Below, piece after piece: positions 1 to 12,424 of a stretch of 64,000 nucleotides of DNA; within the stretch, counting starts at the first letter, position 1; each line of letters opens with the position of its first letter. Under the pieces are notes generated by a model. The model ran no database searches, was not told where the DNA came from, and saw only the letters and a list, made by a program, of their open reading frames with translations. The position numbers and the translations under genes were made by a program. The stretch is from Octopus vulgaris (lineage: Eukaryota), in contig OX597818.1 in the NCBI GenBank assembly GCA_951406725.2, positions 124,186,001 to 124,250,000 on the forward strand, in the 5' to 3' direction.

Positions 1-389
1 TAACCAATGTCCTCTATCATAGCATTAGGTCGACCAAAGCCCTTTTGAGTGAAATTTGGTTGACGGAAACTGTGCAGAGGCTCATTGGAGTAATCATTCC
101 TGTTTTGTAGTGTGAGGTGGTTTTAATTGCCATTTGGTAATCAAGACAGCCTTATAACGTTAATAAACCAAGAGTTTACATTGCATGGTATTTCAAATAG
201 CTCTGTTTATATCTGGTATTCAAATACATATCACTGGCCCCTTTGTGTTGTTCGCTCCCCATACTAGCAGTATATATTGTATATGGAGGGTGCAGCGTCG
301 CACCGATAACCAGCTGGCGGAAGATCTGCCTGGGGTTAAACTAGTGGTAACACAGAACAGCCACTTTGATATAGCGATTGATTTTACTT

Positions 390-852
390 GTTAGTATAGT
401 TACTACTCTGATCTCTTCTTGAGATTTTACAACTAGCTATTATGCTTGTTGCAAATCTGTCACCGATGGTCGCCTTCTTTACAATGTATTGCTGACCGGA
501 GCAGACCCAGGCCATCGCTCTGGTGAACAGGTGCTCCTGACTGAGAATAAGCCAACCAGCTCGAAACTGAGTCAGTGTCGCAATCCTGTTGTCTGCTAGA
601 GGATGGTAGGGGTTCAATCCCTGTACTCTATTTTTTCGTTGTTTAAGAAAAATGTCCATTTCCTTGGTTTTGTGTTTATATTTTCGTTTCTCATTGTGTT
701 CGACGTTTTTTTTGGTGCCCTGTACCCATATATGCATGTATATATACATGTAGATGTAGGTATGTACATATATGTATGTATATATGCATATGTTTTATTT
801 ATTAATTTGTTTTTATACGACAGAACGCACGCATCCATTTCTAAGTAAGTTT

Positions 853-855
<3 letters not shown>
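390..855 (+). mobile_element. Penelope-like (pLTR-type) non-coding element fragment
   Basis: The 3' part (CCTGTACCCATATATGCATG...CACGCATCCATTTCTAAGTAAGTTT) matches the reverse complement of 48574-48790. It contains a hammerhead-like motif at 531-578 and ends at a microsatellite. The left boundary is approximate. Confidence 0.5.
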
Positions 856-931
<76 letters not shown>

Positions 932-949
932 ATATATATATATATATAT

Positions 950-1360
950 TCGTATCTCGCCAACATCTGTATTTGTCCCCTCTACCGAAAAGGTAATTAT
1001 TTCTACGCCAGCTGCTATGTTGTTGTTTTTGTCTCATTTGGTCTAAAGTCGTATGACAACCACCGTTATATTATATTTTGTTTAACCGTTACCGTTTTCA
1101 ATTTCGTTTTCGTCTCTCGTATTTACACCGTCTCGTGCGTTCACATTCCTGTCTTCTACCAAGAAATCTAATGCTTACAGCTTAGTTTTTTTTCTTGGGG
1201 CTGGCCGAGTTGGAGCAAATATCAGAATTGATCAGCCGAAATTTGCTATGACGATTCGGTGTCTGACTGAAGATTGAAGGCTTCGAATGATTTGTCTGTG
1301 TTCCGTGTTTGTCCCTTCCTGTATTTCACGTTCTTTATATATAAAATATTTATCCCTATA
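950..1360 (+). mobile_element. Unclassified dispersed repeat inserted between (TA)n tracts
   Basis: Shares TCTAATGC...GGGGCTGGCC...TCAGCCGAAATT...GACTGAAGATTGAAGGCTTCGAATG with 28400-28725; both copies abut TA runs. Confidence 0.6.
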
Positions 1361-1366
1361 TATATA

Positions 1367-1720
1367 CTGTCTTTCTGACCTGGCTTCCTTCAAGTGTACA
1401 CGGCATTTTCTGTTGCTCCTTCGCCGTTCTCAAAAATAGCGTTCGTAATATTTTATCTCGTTCGGCTTAACAGCCCTTCTTATCTGTGTTACTGTTATTC
1501 TCCTTATTCTCCTTGTCCTGTCTTTCACTGTTTATATTTTGTACTGTCGTTACTGTCCTGCTTTTGTTTACCATTTTTACCCCTCCGCAAAAAAATCTCA
1601 AATTTTATTTAATTTGCTTTTCGCGGGAAGGAATGTTTCATTAAAGTCATGTATCGCCTTGACCTTCGAAACGTGGAGTAGATGAAACAAAGGCGACTGA
1701 AGAAGGGGAATTTGCGCCTA
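1367..1720 (+). mobile_element. Penelope-like element fragment
   Basis: GGCTTAACAGCCCTT, CTCAAATTTTATTTAATTTGCTTT and CGAAACGTGGAGTAGAT...CTGAAGAAGGGG are shared with the reverse complement of 48830-49030. Flanked by TA runs. Confidence 0.6.
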
Positions 1721-1729
1721 TGTATATAT

Positions 1730-1937
1730 ATAAAGGGAAAGTTTACGAAAATAAACAAAAGACGAAGGCAGGTAGAGTACAAACAAACAAATGTATTAGT
1801 ATAGCGCTCAGGAATAGAAAAAGTCTTTTACATTTCGAGCCTACGCTCTTCGACAGAATGATACACAGAAAAAAAACAAGGAGAGAAACAAGGAGAGAAA
1901 AAAAGATGCGTGTAGGAGCTAACGATCTATCATGGCA
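1730..1937 (-). mobile_element. Short hammerhead-bearing Penelope-like element (family E)
   Basis: Closely similar to 28810-29005 and to the reverse complement of 50041-50190; abuts a TA run. Confidence 0.7.
1825..1860 (-). ncRNA. Minimal hammerhead-like motif, variant core
   Basis: Minus strand reads CATT-CTGTCGA-A-GAGC-GTAG-GCTC-GAAA-TG-TA-AAAG. The core has U at position 6 (CUGUCGA). Confidence 0.45.
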
Positions 1938-2254
1938 TGAATGTATTAGCATAGGCATCGCTTCATTTTTAACATCTCTGTTATGCATTTCATACAATGA
2001 CTGGCCATAGCTGAGAAAGGCAAATCACTCAAAAAAATTCCATGATAGAATGAAGGTATGTATCAGCGTAGGTGGTAAGCTCGATTAACACCTGCTGCAA
2101 TGCTGCAAGAGGCACCTGTCATTGCCATATTTATGCAAAAGATAAGAGTATGGGTTCCTACCAGAACTGAAAAGTCACATCCATGCTGCTCGTGTCTGAG
2201 AGAACTAATTATTCAAGGAATAGCTTCACTTGAAATCGAGTTGCAACAATCTCG

Positions 2255-2313
2255 GTATGTATGTATGTATGTATGTATGTATGTATGTATGTATGTATGT
2301 ATGTATGTATGTA

Positions 2314-2344
<31 letters not shown>

Positions 2345-2868
2345 ATGTATGCATGTGTGTGTGTATGTATGTATGTATGTATGTATGTGTGTGTGTGTAT
2401 GTATGTATGTATGTATGAATGTATGAATGTATGAATGTATGTATGTATGTGTGTGTGTGTATGTATGTATGTATGTATGTATGAATGTATGAATGTATGA
2501 ATGTATGTATGTATGTGTGTGTGTGTATGTATGTATGTATGTATATATGTATGAATGCATGTATGTGTATGTGTGTGTCAGTGTATGTATGTGTGTATGT
2601 ATGTCTGTATGTCTGTATGTCTGTAAATGTATACATAACATATATACACACACACATACACATAAACATAGATATATAAACAATTGTGTGTGTATGTATG
2701 TGTGTGTGTGTATTTGTGTGTGGTGCGTGTGTGTGGTGTGTGCATGTGTGTGGTGTATGTGTGTGTGTTGTGCGTATGTGTGTGTGCGTGTGCATGCGTG
2801 CGCATGTTTATTAGTGAGAGTGGGGGAACAAATAAAAGTAATAGTCAACACACATACACACACATATG

Positions 2869-2905
<37 letters not shown>
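2255..2905. repeat. Compound (TATG)n/(TG)n/(CA)n microsatellite
   Basis: Direct reading. Confidence 0.95.
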
Positions 2906-2907
<2 letters not shown>

Positions 2908-3065
2908 GTAGGCAGGCAAACGCACGAACACACAGAAGCACACCTGAATAGTGATACAGTGATGTAACCTTGTGAAAGAGAAGATGAAAACCAATTAATG
3001 AAGACGTGTCTCACAAGGATTCCACTTCTGTATTTGAGCATTTCTCATTAACACCATATTTCTAT

Positions 3066-3266
3066 TATCTATATAACAACAACAATAACAACAACAACAA
3101 TAATAATAGTAGTAATGATGATGATGATGTTGATGATAACAACAACGACAATAATAATAATAATAATAATGATAATAACAACAACAATAATAATAATAAC
3201 AATAACAACAACAACAACAATAATAATAATAACAACAATAATAATGATGATGATGACGTTGATGAT

Positions 3267-3297
<31 letters not shown>

Positions 3298-3320
3298 ATG
3301 ATGATGATGGCGATGTTGGC

Positions 3321-3370
<50 letters not shown>

Positions 3371-3509
3371 CGACGACGATGATGATTGCGATGATGATGG
3401 TGATGTTGACGATGTTGATGATGATGATGATGATGATGACGACGACGACGACGATGATGATGGTGGTGTTGATGGTGATGTTGATGATGACGATGACGAC
3501 GATGATGAC

Positions 3510-3547
<38 letters not shown>

Positions 3548-3566
3548 CGACGATGATGATGATTGC

Positions 3567-3608
<42 letters not shown>

Positions 3609-4075
3609 GGCGATGATGATGATGATGATGATGATGATGACGATGACGATGACGATGATGATGATGATGACGATGACGATGATGATGATGATGATGATAA
3701 TTATAATAACAATAATAACAACAACAACAACAACAATAATAACAACAATAATAATAACGATGATGATGATGATGATGATGATGATAACAGCAATAATAAT
3801 AATGAGTAGCAGCAACAGTAGCAATTTCAGTATTAGTAGTAGTACTTGTAGTAATAGTAGTAGTAGTAGTAGTAGTAGTAGTAGCAGCAGCAGCAGCAAC
3901 AGTAGCAATTTCAGTATTAGTAGTAGTACTTGTAGTAATAGTAGTAGTAGTAGTAGTAGTAGTAGTAGCAGCAGCAGCAGCAACAGTAGCAACAGTAGCA
4001 ATTTCAGTATTAGTAGTAGTACTTGTAATAGTAGTAGTAGTAGTCGTTGTTGTTGCAGCTGTTATTGTTGTTGTT
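3066..4075. repeat. Mosaic trinucleotide tract (AAC/AAT/GAT/GAC/AGT/AGC) with a higher-order unit at 3805-4040
   Basis: Direct reading; AGCAACAGTAGCAATTTCAGTATTAGTAGTAGTACTTGTA recurs three times. Confidence 0.95.
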
Positions 4076-4284
4076 TTTGATGTCGCTGGACTTGCAAAAT
4101 CATTAGAGCACCGGAGACAATGCATTGCAGTATTTCTTCTGGCCCTTTACATTCCGAGTTCAAACCCTGTCGAGGCCAACTTTGGCTTTCGTCACTTCGG
4201 AGTCGATTTTTAAAATAGTGGCGCCGATGGGGTACAGTCTAACCCCCTTCCTGGTGCTGGCCTTGTTTCTAAATTAGAAACCAA

Positions 4285-4360
<76 letters not shown>

Positions 4361-4371
4361 GTTATTATTTT

Positions 4372-4945
4372 CTCTTTACCACAGGTTTTGTTGGAGCTCC
4401 TGGAGTCTTACATGCATAGCGGGCTTACAACCTGCAGCCTACGACACCACGCTATTCGTTCTTTTCAGCTATCTAACACTGATTATTCTGACCGTGCCAA
4501 GGAGGCCAACCTTTTGTAACATTTCTACTTTACTAGGTTCATATTCATACAATTTATAAGTATGTTCAAATCCTAACTTTCCACAAAGTTCCCAGTGGAT
4601 CACTCTCTTGGCTGTCATGTCTTTCATTGTATTCTTTCTGTGCTAGCATGCTACATTCGCTTACAATATGAGTAACGCTTTCCTCTTTTGATTTGCATAG
4701 CCTACACTGATAATCTACTTAGTTTTTGTCTATCTTGGCTTTTATTCAATTAGTCCTTAATGCTTGATCTTGTGCTGCTACTAACGAACTTTCTGTCTCT
4801 CTTTTCAGCTTTCATTTCTGCAACCATAACCACGTCTCACTACTACTGTTTGATGCAACTATGTTTGGGAATCTACCATGCAACGCCTTCTCCTGCCAGT
4901 CAGATAATTTCTATTCTCTTTTCTGGTTTTTATCTTCGTTCCTAA
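4372..4945 (-). mobile_element. R4/Dong-type non-LTR retrotransposon 3' remnant, internally deleted
   Basis: Minus-strand remnants CRLCKSKEES, CSMLAQKEYN.RHD and IHWELCGKLGFEH...LQKVGLLGTVRII. The 3' end abuts a (TAA)n tract at 4287-4369. Confidence 0.75.
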
Positions 4946-4949
4946 GCAG

Positions 4950-5003
<54 letters not shown>

Positions 5004-5188
5004 GTTAAATAAGACGTTAATGTCCGAGTCATATCAATAAATTTTACTTCACTAAATGTATACACCATCATTATCATCAATACCAAATTACACATACATA
5101 CATAGAACCACACAGACACACAGACATACACACACGGACACACATACACACGCACGCACACACACACACACACGCGCACACGGGTATC

Positions 5189-5422
5189 TGCGGCGAGCTG
5201 GCAGAACCGTTAGCACGTCGGGCGAAATGCTTAGCGGTATTTCGGCTGCCGTTATGTTGTGAGTTCAAATTCCGCCGAGGTCGACTTTGCCTTTCATCCT
5301 TTCGGGGTCAATAAATTAAGTACCAGTTACGTACTGGATCGATATAATCGACTTAATACCTATGTCTGTCCATGTTTGTCCCCTCTATGTTTAGCCCCTT
5401 TTGGGTAATAAAGAAATAGGTA
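5189..5422 (+). mobile_element. SINE family C (tRNA-like head, Meta/MESC-like central domain)
   Basis: GCGGCGAGCTGGCAGAA (A-box-like), GAGTTCAAATTCC (B box), GTCGACTTTGCCTTTCATCCTTTCGGGGTC, and tail AAAGAAATAGGTAT. About 20 copies or fragments in the window. Confidence 0.9.
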
Positions 5423-6511
5423 TCTGTGTGTGTGAGTGTGTGAGTGCTTCGCATGTATATATACAACATGTAGGTATGTATGTGTGTATGTGTTACAGAT
5501 ATACCAAACCACTATATTATTCCTAATTCAATTTATTCAATAACTTCAGATCTCTGTTCCTTGTACCTTCTCTCTCTTCTCCGTCTATATGTCACTCGCT
5601 CCCCTTTCTCAGTCCCCCTTCATCGACCCCCTTCTCTCACTCCCTCATTCTAGCTCTTCTTCTAGCCGTTACTCCCTTTTTGCTTCTCCATTTCTCTCTC
5701 CCACTCACTCCATCCTTCTTTCCTCCCCTCTCACGCACTTTTTCTCTCTTCCCCTTCTTTCTCTTTCTTGCCCCCCCCCTCGTCTCGCTTCACCGCCTTC
5801 CTTCCTCTGCACTTCAATCTCTCTCCAGCTTCCCGACTTCCCTCACAGATACCTGCTTTGTCATCCAATTACTAATGACATCCCTTATGAAATACCTCTA
5901 CTCCCTTGACAACTCACCTTTCTGTTCCAGAATAATTTTTCGGAAAATATACTTCCCCCCGCGCCATAAAAAAGTACCTAATTCTTCGGGATCCTTGCTT
6001 CAATAACTCATAACAGAACCTGATCCAATCCAACTTCTTTTTCTCTTCCTTCCTTTCCCTCACCTTTCCTCTCTGTCTATCTGTCTTCCTCTCTCTCTTT
6101 CCCCTTTATTTCTCTTTCTCTCTCCCCTTTATTTCTCTCTCTCTCCCTTCCACCCTTTCTCTTTCTCTCTCTCCCTGTCTTTCCCATCTCTCTCTCTTTC
6201 CCTCTCTCTGTGTTTCTATATTTTGTTATTCGATAACTATATAACCGTATCGGCATAGTTTCACAAGTATGCCCCCCGCCACCTGCAATGGGCTTGTTTC
6301 CTCAAAGCTTACAGAAAAATGGAAATTTTTAAATGAAATTTTCTGCAAATACCTTAAGATGGCAAAAATTACGATTATATCGGAATTCAATGTCAGAAAA
6401 AAATTTTGGTGGGCGCACACACATACATACCAACTAACCCGCATCACATAATTTTTTCAAAATTTCAAGTTTCATTTTGTAGCTATGTAAGTGGTGCATA
6501 TTACTATATAT

Positions 6512-6895
6512 GGAGGCGCAATGGCCCAGTGGTTAGGGCAGCGGACTCGCGGTCATAGGATCGCGGTTTCGATTCCCAGACCGGGCGTTGTGAGTGTTTA
6601 TTGAGCGAAAACACCTAAAAGCTCCACGAGTCTCCGGCAGGGGATGGTGGTGATCCCTGCTGTACTCTTTCACCACAACTTTCTCTCACTCTTACTTCCT
6701 GTTTCTGTTGTACCTGTATTTCAAAGGGCCGGCCTTGTCACTCTCTGTGTCACGCTGAATATCCCCGAGAACTACGTTAATGGTACACGTGTCTGTGGAG
6801 TGCTCAGCCACTTACACGTTAATTTCACGAGCAGGCTGTTCCATTGATTCGGATCAACCGGAACCCTCGTCGTCGTAACCGACGGAGTGCTTCCA
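6512..6895 (+). mobile_element. SINE family A (tRNA-derived, ~385 bp)
   Basis: A box TGGCCCAGTGG and B box GTTTCGATTCC; target-site duplication (TSD) TACTATATAT at 6502-6511 and 6899-6908; five near-identical copies in the window. Confidence 0.95.
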
Positions 6896-6917
6896 CAATA
6901 CTATATATTTAATACGC

Positions 6918-7136
6918 ACGAGGTGGGGTGATGAAAAGTTCCTGGCTTTGAGTAAAAGAAAATACAGGAGAATCAGTTAACAATGATTTTATTGAACATA
7001 TTCCCCTCTCAGATCCACACACTTATTGCAGCAGTCCTTCAGTTTTTCTAAGCCCGGTAAAAGCACTCAGAAGGGTAAGCCTCAAACCAGGCCTTTTGCG
7101 ATACCTTTAAAGCCAAAAACTTTTCGGGACCCCTCG

Positions 7137-7138
<2 letters not shown>
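6918..7138 (-). mobile_element. Mariner-derived MITE
   Basis: Imperfect TIRs CACGAGG...AAAAGTTCCTGGCTTT and AAAGCCAAAAACTTTT...CCTCGTG; minus-strand mariner C-terminus GLEKLKDCCNKCVDLRGEYVQ*. Confidence 0.7.
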
Positions 7139-7221
<83 letters not shown>

Positions 7222-7379
7222 ATGTATGTATGTATGTATGTCATTATTCAGTTTTATTTCGAGATTTCTTGCCAATAGAGAAAGCCTGTTTCTAACCTAG
7301 ATCCAAGGTACCTTCATTGGAATTTCAACATCAACAACAGGGTATGTATGTATGTATGTATGTATGTATGTATGTATAA

Positions 7380-7850
7380 ATGCGGATTTGCATGTTTTGT
7401 TTTATGTATATCTTCTCATGCATATACTTGCATATCTAAATATGCTTATATATACTTAAATGGTAAACTTCTGGAAAGTTTTACAGATTTTTACAGTTCC
7501 ATTGGTGGCTTGTATCTGTAGCCTTCGAATCAGCTTTCTCCTTTCTGGTTTTGAGAAGCCTAATTTTTCAAGATTTTTATTTAGGCAGTGTGTTACATAT
7601 CCAAGTGTCCCAATAATTACAGGCATAAGCTTGAACTTGTAATCTGGATAGAGTAATTGCAGATTTCTCAATAGTAGTTCAGTGTAGATGTTCTCTTTTT
7701 CGCCGATCTTCAGCTTTATGTTAACATCCGTTGGACAACTGATTTCCACAGTTTATCTTCTCTATCCCAAATCATTATATCAGGTCTATTGTGTTTTCAT
7801 TTTATTGAGGTTTTCGCTGAGACATTCCACCATAATAACAATAAGTCATT
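7380..7850 (-). mobile_element. R4/Dong-type LINE 3' remnant (restriction-like endonuclease region)
   Basis: ORF 7456-7749 reads EISCPTDVNIKLKIGEKENIYTELLLRNLQLLYPDYKFKLMPVIIGTLG. The tail abuts (TATG)n. Confidence 0.75.
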
Positions 7851-7964
7851 TGGATGTAATTGATCAAGTTAAACGAAGCAGAGATAAAGAAGAATAACAT
7901 TCCATTATCATTGAAATACGACAGCAAGGTGATGATCTGGCAGAACTGTTAGGACGTCGGCGAA

Positions 7965-8358
7965 ATGACGATATGTGCATCTCTGACCACGAGTAGAAGT
8001 AGTGGGGGAGCATCATAGCCGTGTATTGAAAGGAATTCTTAGAGGTTTGGATAATTCACCTTTGGAAACATGGATGGTTCGTTCAACATCCTTAAACAAT
8101 CCTTATTCAGAGACATATTGAGCGGGATGGGCTACTCGACCAGAAGAAAATTCTAACTGGGCCCTACCTGCAAGGTCATGCACTGTTTATGTTGATATGA
8201 GATCACCATGACGCGTACATATGGTTGTGATGCATAATAAAGAAATAATATGGTTGTGATGCATGTACCCTTATCAGACGGGTAGTCATGATGGGTATAC
8301 TGGACTTCGTATATTTTACCCCAGTGTCACTTTGATGGCATGCACTGCTCTCTCACTC

Positions 8359-8360
<2 letters not shown>
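7965..8360 (+). mobile_element. (TAA)n-associated non-autonomous element, 3' half
   Basis: Reverse complement of 54643-55015; ends ...CTCTCTCACTCAA followed by (TAA)n. Confidence 0.8.
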
Positions 8361-8423
<63 letters not shown>

Positions 8424-8428
<5 letters not shown>

Positions 8429-8550
8429 GCCCTGATGCAGTTGCAGACAGTGGCTCTCATGGCTTCTGATCTTAACTGATTGGGAGTGTTATCATGTACA
8501 TTGTTTTGTCTTGGTATAAAAGATGGGCTACAGCAAATATTCTGCTCAAC
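8424..8550 (+). mobile_element. Same non-autonomous element, 5' part, fused to a LINE remnant
   Basis: 8475-8550 is the reverse complement of 55077-55153; starts directly after (TAA)n. Confidence 0.75.
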
Positions 8551-8559
8551 TGGCAATAA

Positions 8560-9760
8560 CAATGAAGATTACCACAGCCAAGACACCTACCTGAAAAACT
8601 CTGAGGACTGGATGTTAAAACTTGTCTTAAAACATGAAAACAAGAAAGCATCATACTCAGTAGCAAAACAGGCAAAGGAATATCTAAGTGAATTCCGAAT
8701 ACAACAAATTCCGGAATTAGACATACAAGAAACAAGCGCAGAAAAAACTAAGCGCATGAAAACCGGTGCTAAAACTACTGCCTTAGATATTCTGATTGAT
8801 AAATGGCAAGAAAAACCTCTCAATGGCAAATACCCAAAGAGAGCGAATAATGCCGATGTTGACAAAGCCCTTACACATCAATGGCTAATGGCCTCTGGCT
8901 TAAAATCTGAAACAGAAGGATTTATCATAGCAGCCCAAGATCAATGCTTACCTACAAGGAACTACAAGGCCAACATATTAAAGAACGGCAGTTTCCCAAT
9001 ATGCCATGGATGTTAACAACAAAATGAAACCATTGATCGTGTTGTCTCCAAGTGCAGTCTTCTTGCACCTACAGAGTATCTCAACAGGCATGATAGAGCT
9101 GCACAATATATTCGCTGGGTAATTTACAAAAACCTGGACCTGCCCCATGATAAAAACTGGTGGGAACACAAACCACCTCCAGCGCTTACAAATGATCACA
9201 TCTCACTCCTCTGGAATTTCACCATTCAAACTGACAGAAAGATAGATGCAAATAGGCCAGACATCATATTGATCATATTGAAAGACTTCAGACAAAAATC
9301 ATGCCTCCTCATTGATATGACTGTCCCAATCGATATAAACATATCTACCAAGACCTACCAAAAACTGAGCAAGTATAAAGATCTTGAAATAGAAATTAGC
9401 AAAATGTGGAACCTGAAGACTAAAACAATACCTGTTGTCATAGGTGCCCTGGGAAAGATAGCAAAAGGGGCTGATTGCTACCTAGCTCAGATACTAGGAA
9501 ACCCCAAAATGGCAGAAATTCAAAAGATAGTGCTCATGGGAACTGCCCATATCCTACGCAAAATACTTTCTATGTAATCTCAAATTTTAAAACAAACACA
9601 TAATTTTCTTATGGTTTCTTAAACATTCTCTAGAACAATACTATGTACAAAACCAAAGATATGGCACCCTAGATATGGCATAACACTTGTTTTCTCTTGA
9701 GGTATCTGGGTGAGACTTGGAACCAACTTGTACAAATGTAACGCAAAAGTCAAACATAAA
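8560..9760 (+). mobile_element. R4/Dong-clade non-LTR retrotransposon, 5'-truncated and disrupted (zinc knuckle plus restriction-like endonuclease)
   Basis: WQEKPLNGKY...LKSETEGFIIAAQDQCLPTRNY, LAPTEYLNRHD, LLWNFTIQTDRKIDANRPDII, and LIDMTVPIDINI...KLSKYKDLEIEISKMW...IPVVIGALG...GTAHILRKILSM* (stop 9577). The 3' UTR is followed by (TAA)n. Confidence 0.9.
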
Positions 9761-9769
9761 ATAATGATG

Positions 9770-9835
<66 letters not shown>

Positions 9836-10096
9836 GTGACGAAGACGACGATGATAATGATGATGATGATGATGATGATGATTATTATTTCCTTTATTGA
9901 CCGCAGTGGCCTAAGACAAGAAGACAATATCAAAGGACGAGATACAACACGCAAAAACAGATGGGATTTAAATCGATCAATGGGAGACGCTACAATATTA
10001 GAGGATATAAGAAGGATATATAAATAGAAGTTAGAGAAATGATTGATAAATAAATAGAATCCCCAAGAGCTGGGCAGTCCACCCCGCAGTAGTAAC

Positions 10097-10133
<37 letters not shown>

Positions 10134-10179
10134 ATGATAATAATAATAATTATAACAACAACAACGATAATGATAATAA

Positions 10180-10252
<73 letters not shown>

Positions 10253-10286
10253 TATTATTATGATGATGATGATGATGATGATGATG

Positions 10287-10357
<71 letters not shown>

Positions 10358-10385
10358 AATAATAACAACAACAACAATAATGATG
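9760..10385. repeat. (TAA)/(GAT)/(TAG) trinucleotide tracts surrounding a ~200-bp insert at 9885-10090
   Basis: Direct reading. Confidence 0.9.
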
Positions 10386-10760
10386 TTGATTTTTGCGGAA
10401 ATTTATGATCTGTTTTGAAGAAAAATCTGTTGTTTTTCCAACAAAAAGTCACGTATAGATACCCAAATATTCGTAGGAGGAAAGAATGGCGAGAGAGAGA
10501 GAGAGGAAGTGAGGAAGAGAGGCGGAAGGGGCAGATGTTGGAGAAATTGCGCATTTCTTAGTTGCCGTAGCAAATTCTTGCGTATTTTTAGACAAACTTA
10601 TTCTTTCTGCTGCTTATTAGCATTTGAGCGTTTTAAAAAAATTATTCTTATAGTTGATGTTTTCAGTGTTTGTCTATCGTTTTGGAATATATGCACTCCA
10701 CTAAAATATTTTCCTGGTCTCCAATAGCTTTGTTATAATAGCTGTACGAAAAATATATAC

Positions 10761-10924
10761 AGGCACAGGTGTGGCTGTGTGGGTAAGTAGCTTGTTTACC
10801 AACCACATGGTTCTGGGTTCAGTCCCACTGCGTGGCACCTTGGGCAAGTGTCTTCTACTATAGCCTCGGGCCGACCAAAGCCTTGTGAGTGGATTTGGTA
10901 GACGGAAACTGAAAGAAGCCCGTC

Positions 10925-10973
<49 letters not shown>

Positions 10974-11054
10974 CATATATACGACGGGCTTCTTTCGGTT
11001 TCTGTCTATCAAATCCACTCACAAGGCTTTTATACACACACACACATATATATT

Positions 11055-11093
<39 letters not shown>

Positions 11094-11305
11094 ATGTTTG
11101 TGTGTCTGTGTTTGTCCCCCTAGCATTGCTTAACAACCGATGCTGGTGTGTTTATGTCCTCGTCACTTAGCGGTTCGGCAAAAGATACCGATAGAATTAG
11201 TACTGGGCTTACAAAGAATAAGTTCTGTAGTCGAGTTGCTCGATTAAAGGCGGTGCTCCAGCATGGCCGCAGTCAAAATGACTGAAACAAGTAAAGAAAA
11301 AAAAA
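10761..11305 (+). mobile_element. SINE family B (tRNA head, CORE-like CCTTGGGCAAGT block, internal TA/TG microsatellite) with an internal fold-back
   Basis: GTGGCTGTGTGG and GGTTCAGTCCC boxes; tail CAGCATGGCCGCAGTCAAAATGACTGAAACAAGTAAA. About 20 copies or fragments in the window. Confidence 0.9.
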
Positions 11306-11547
11306 AGGGACATTTATATATGCACTTACACACACATGCACATATGCATAATAATTTGCATACACATGCACACATTCAGGCATGATTGTGCAGTTAAGTT
11401 CAATTCGCAAGCAAAAAAAAGAAAAACGGAAAAGAAAGGCAAAAAAACCATGAGCGAGGTCCCACGGTGGGATCTGCATGCAATGCAACCTTGAACTCAC
11501 CACTACTACCCTTTGGGTGGGATTTCATTGAAGAAAACCTTCGCGCA

Positions 11548-11835
11548 GGGATGGCTGTGTGGGGAGAAGTTTTCTTCCTAACCACATGGTTCCGGGTTCT
11601 GTCCCACTGCGTGGAACCTTGGGCGAGTGTCCTCTGCTATAACCTCGGGTGGGTCCACCAAAGCCTTGTGAGTGAATGTGGTAGACAGAAACTGAGACAA
11701 GCACGTCGATTTTGTGTGTATGTGTGTGTGAGTGTGTGTGTGTCTTTGTACCCTAACACCGCGTTACACCTCAAGTTAACGGTTCAGCAAATAGACCGAT
11801 AGAATAAGTACCAAGCTTTATACAAGGTACTGGGG
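11548..11835 (+). mobile_element. SINE family B, diverged and truncated
   Basis: Head and central blocks align with the other copies. Confidence 0.75.
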
Positions 11836-11875
11836 TTGGTACTAAATATATTTAGTATACGTTACATCTCTTACC

Positions 11876-11879
<4 letters not shown>

Positions 11880-11946
<67 letters not shown>

Positions 11947-11977
11947 GTGTATGTATATGTACGTATGCATATATGTA

Positions 11978-12013
<36 letters not shown>

Positions 12014-12211
12014 TGTATGTATGTATGTATGTATGTATGTATGTATGTATGTATGTATGTATGTATATATGTATGTATATATGTATGTATGTATGTATGT
12101 TTGTATGTATGTATGTATGTATATATGTATGTATGTATGTATATATGTATGTATGTATGTATATATGTATGTATGTATGTATGTATATATGTATGTATAT
12201 ATGTATGTATG

Positions 12212-12245
<34 letters not shown>

Positions 12246-12363
12246 TGTATGTATGTATGTATGCATGTATGTATATATGTATGTATGTATGTATATATGT
12301 ATGTATGTATATATGTATGTATATATGTATGTATGTATATATGTATGTATGTATGTATGTATA

Positions 12364-12424
<61 letters not shown>

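Noticed and set aside
1663-1710. Permuted (type II) hammerhead CGAAACGTGGAGTA...CTGAAGAAGG
   Set aside because: Stem I cannot be formed. The homologue at 48859-48905 suggests the GAAA belongs to an upstream decayed type I motif.
2995-4125. Long poly-Asp/Asn, poly-His and poly-Met ORFs (267-376 aa)
   Set aside because: Several frames on both strands are open only because trinucleotide repeats lack stops; there is no unique coding sequence or splice evidence.
6512-6590. tRNA gene
   Set aside because: A and B boxes are present, but there is no acceptor stem and it continues into a SINE body with TSDs.
6644-6847. Recurrent 67-aa ORF MVVIPAVLFHHNF... in five places
   Set aside because: It lies inside SINE A, so recurrence reflects copy identity and not coding constraint.
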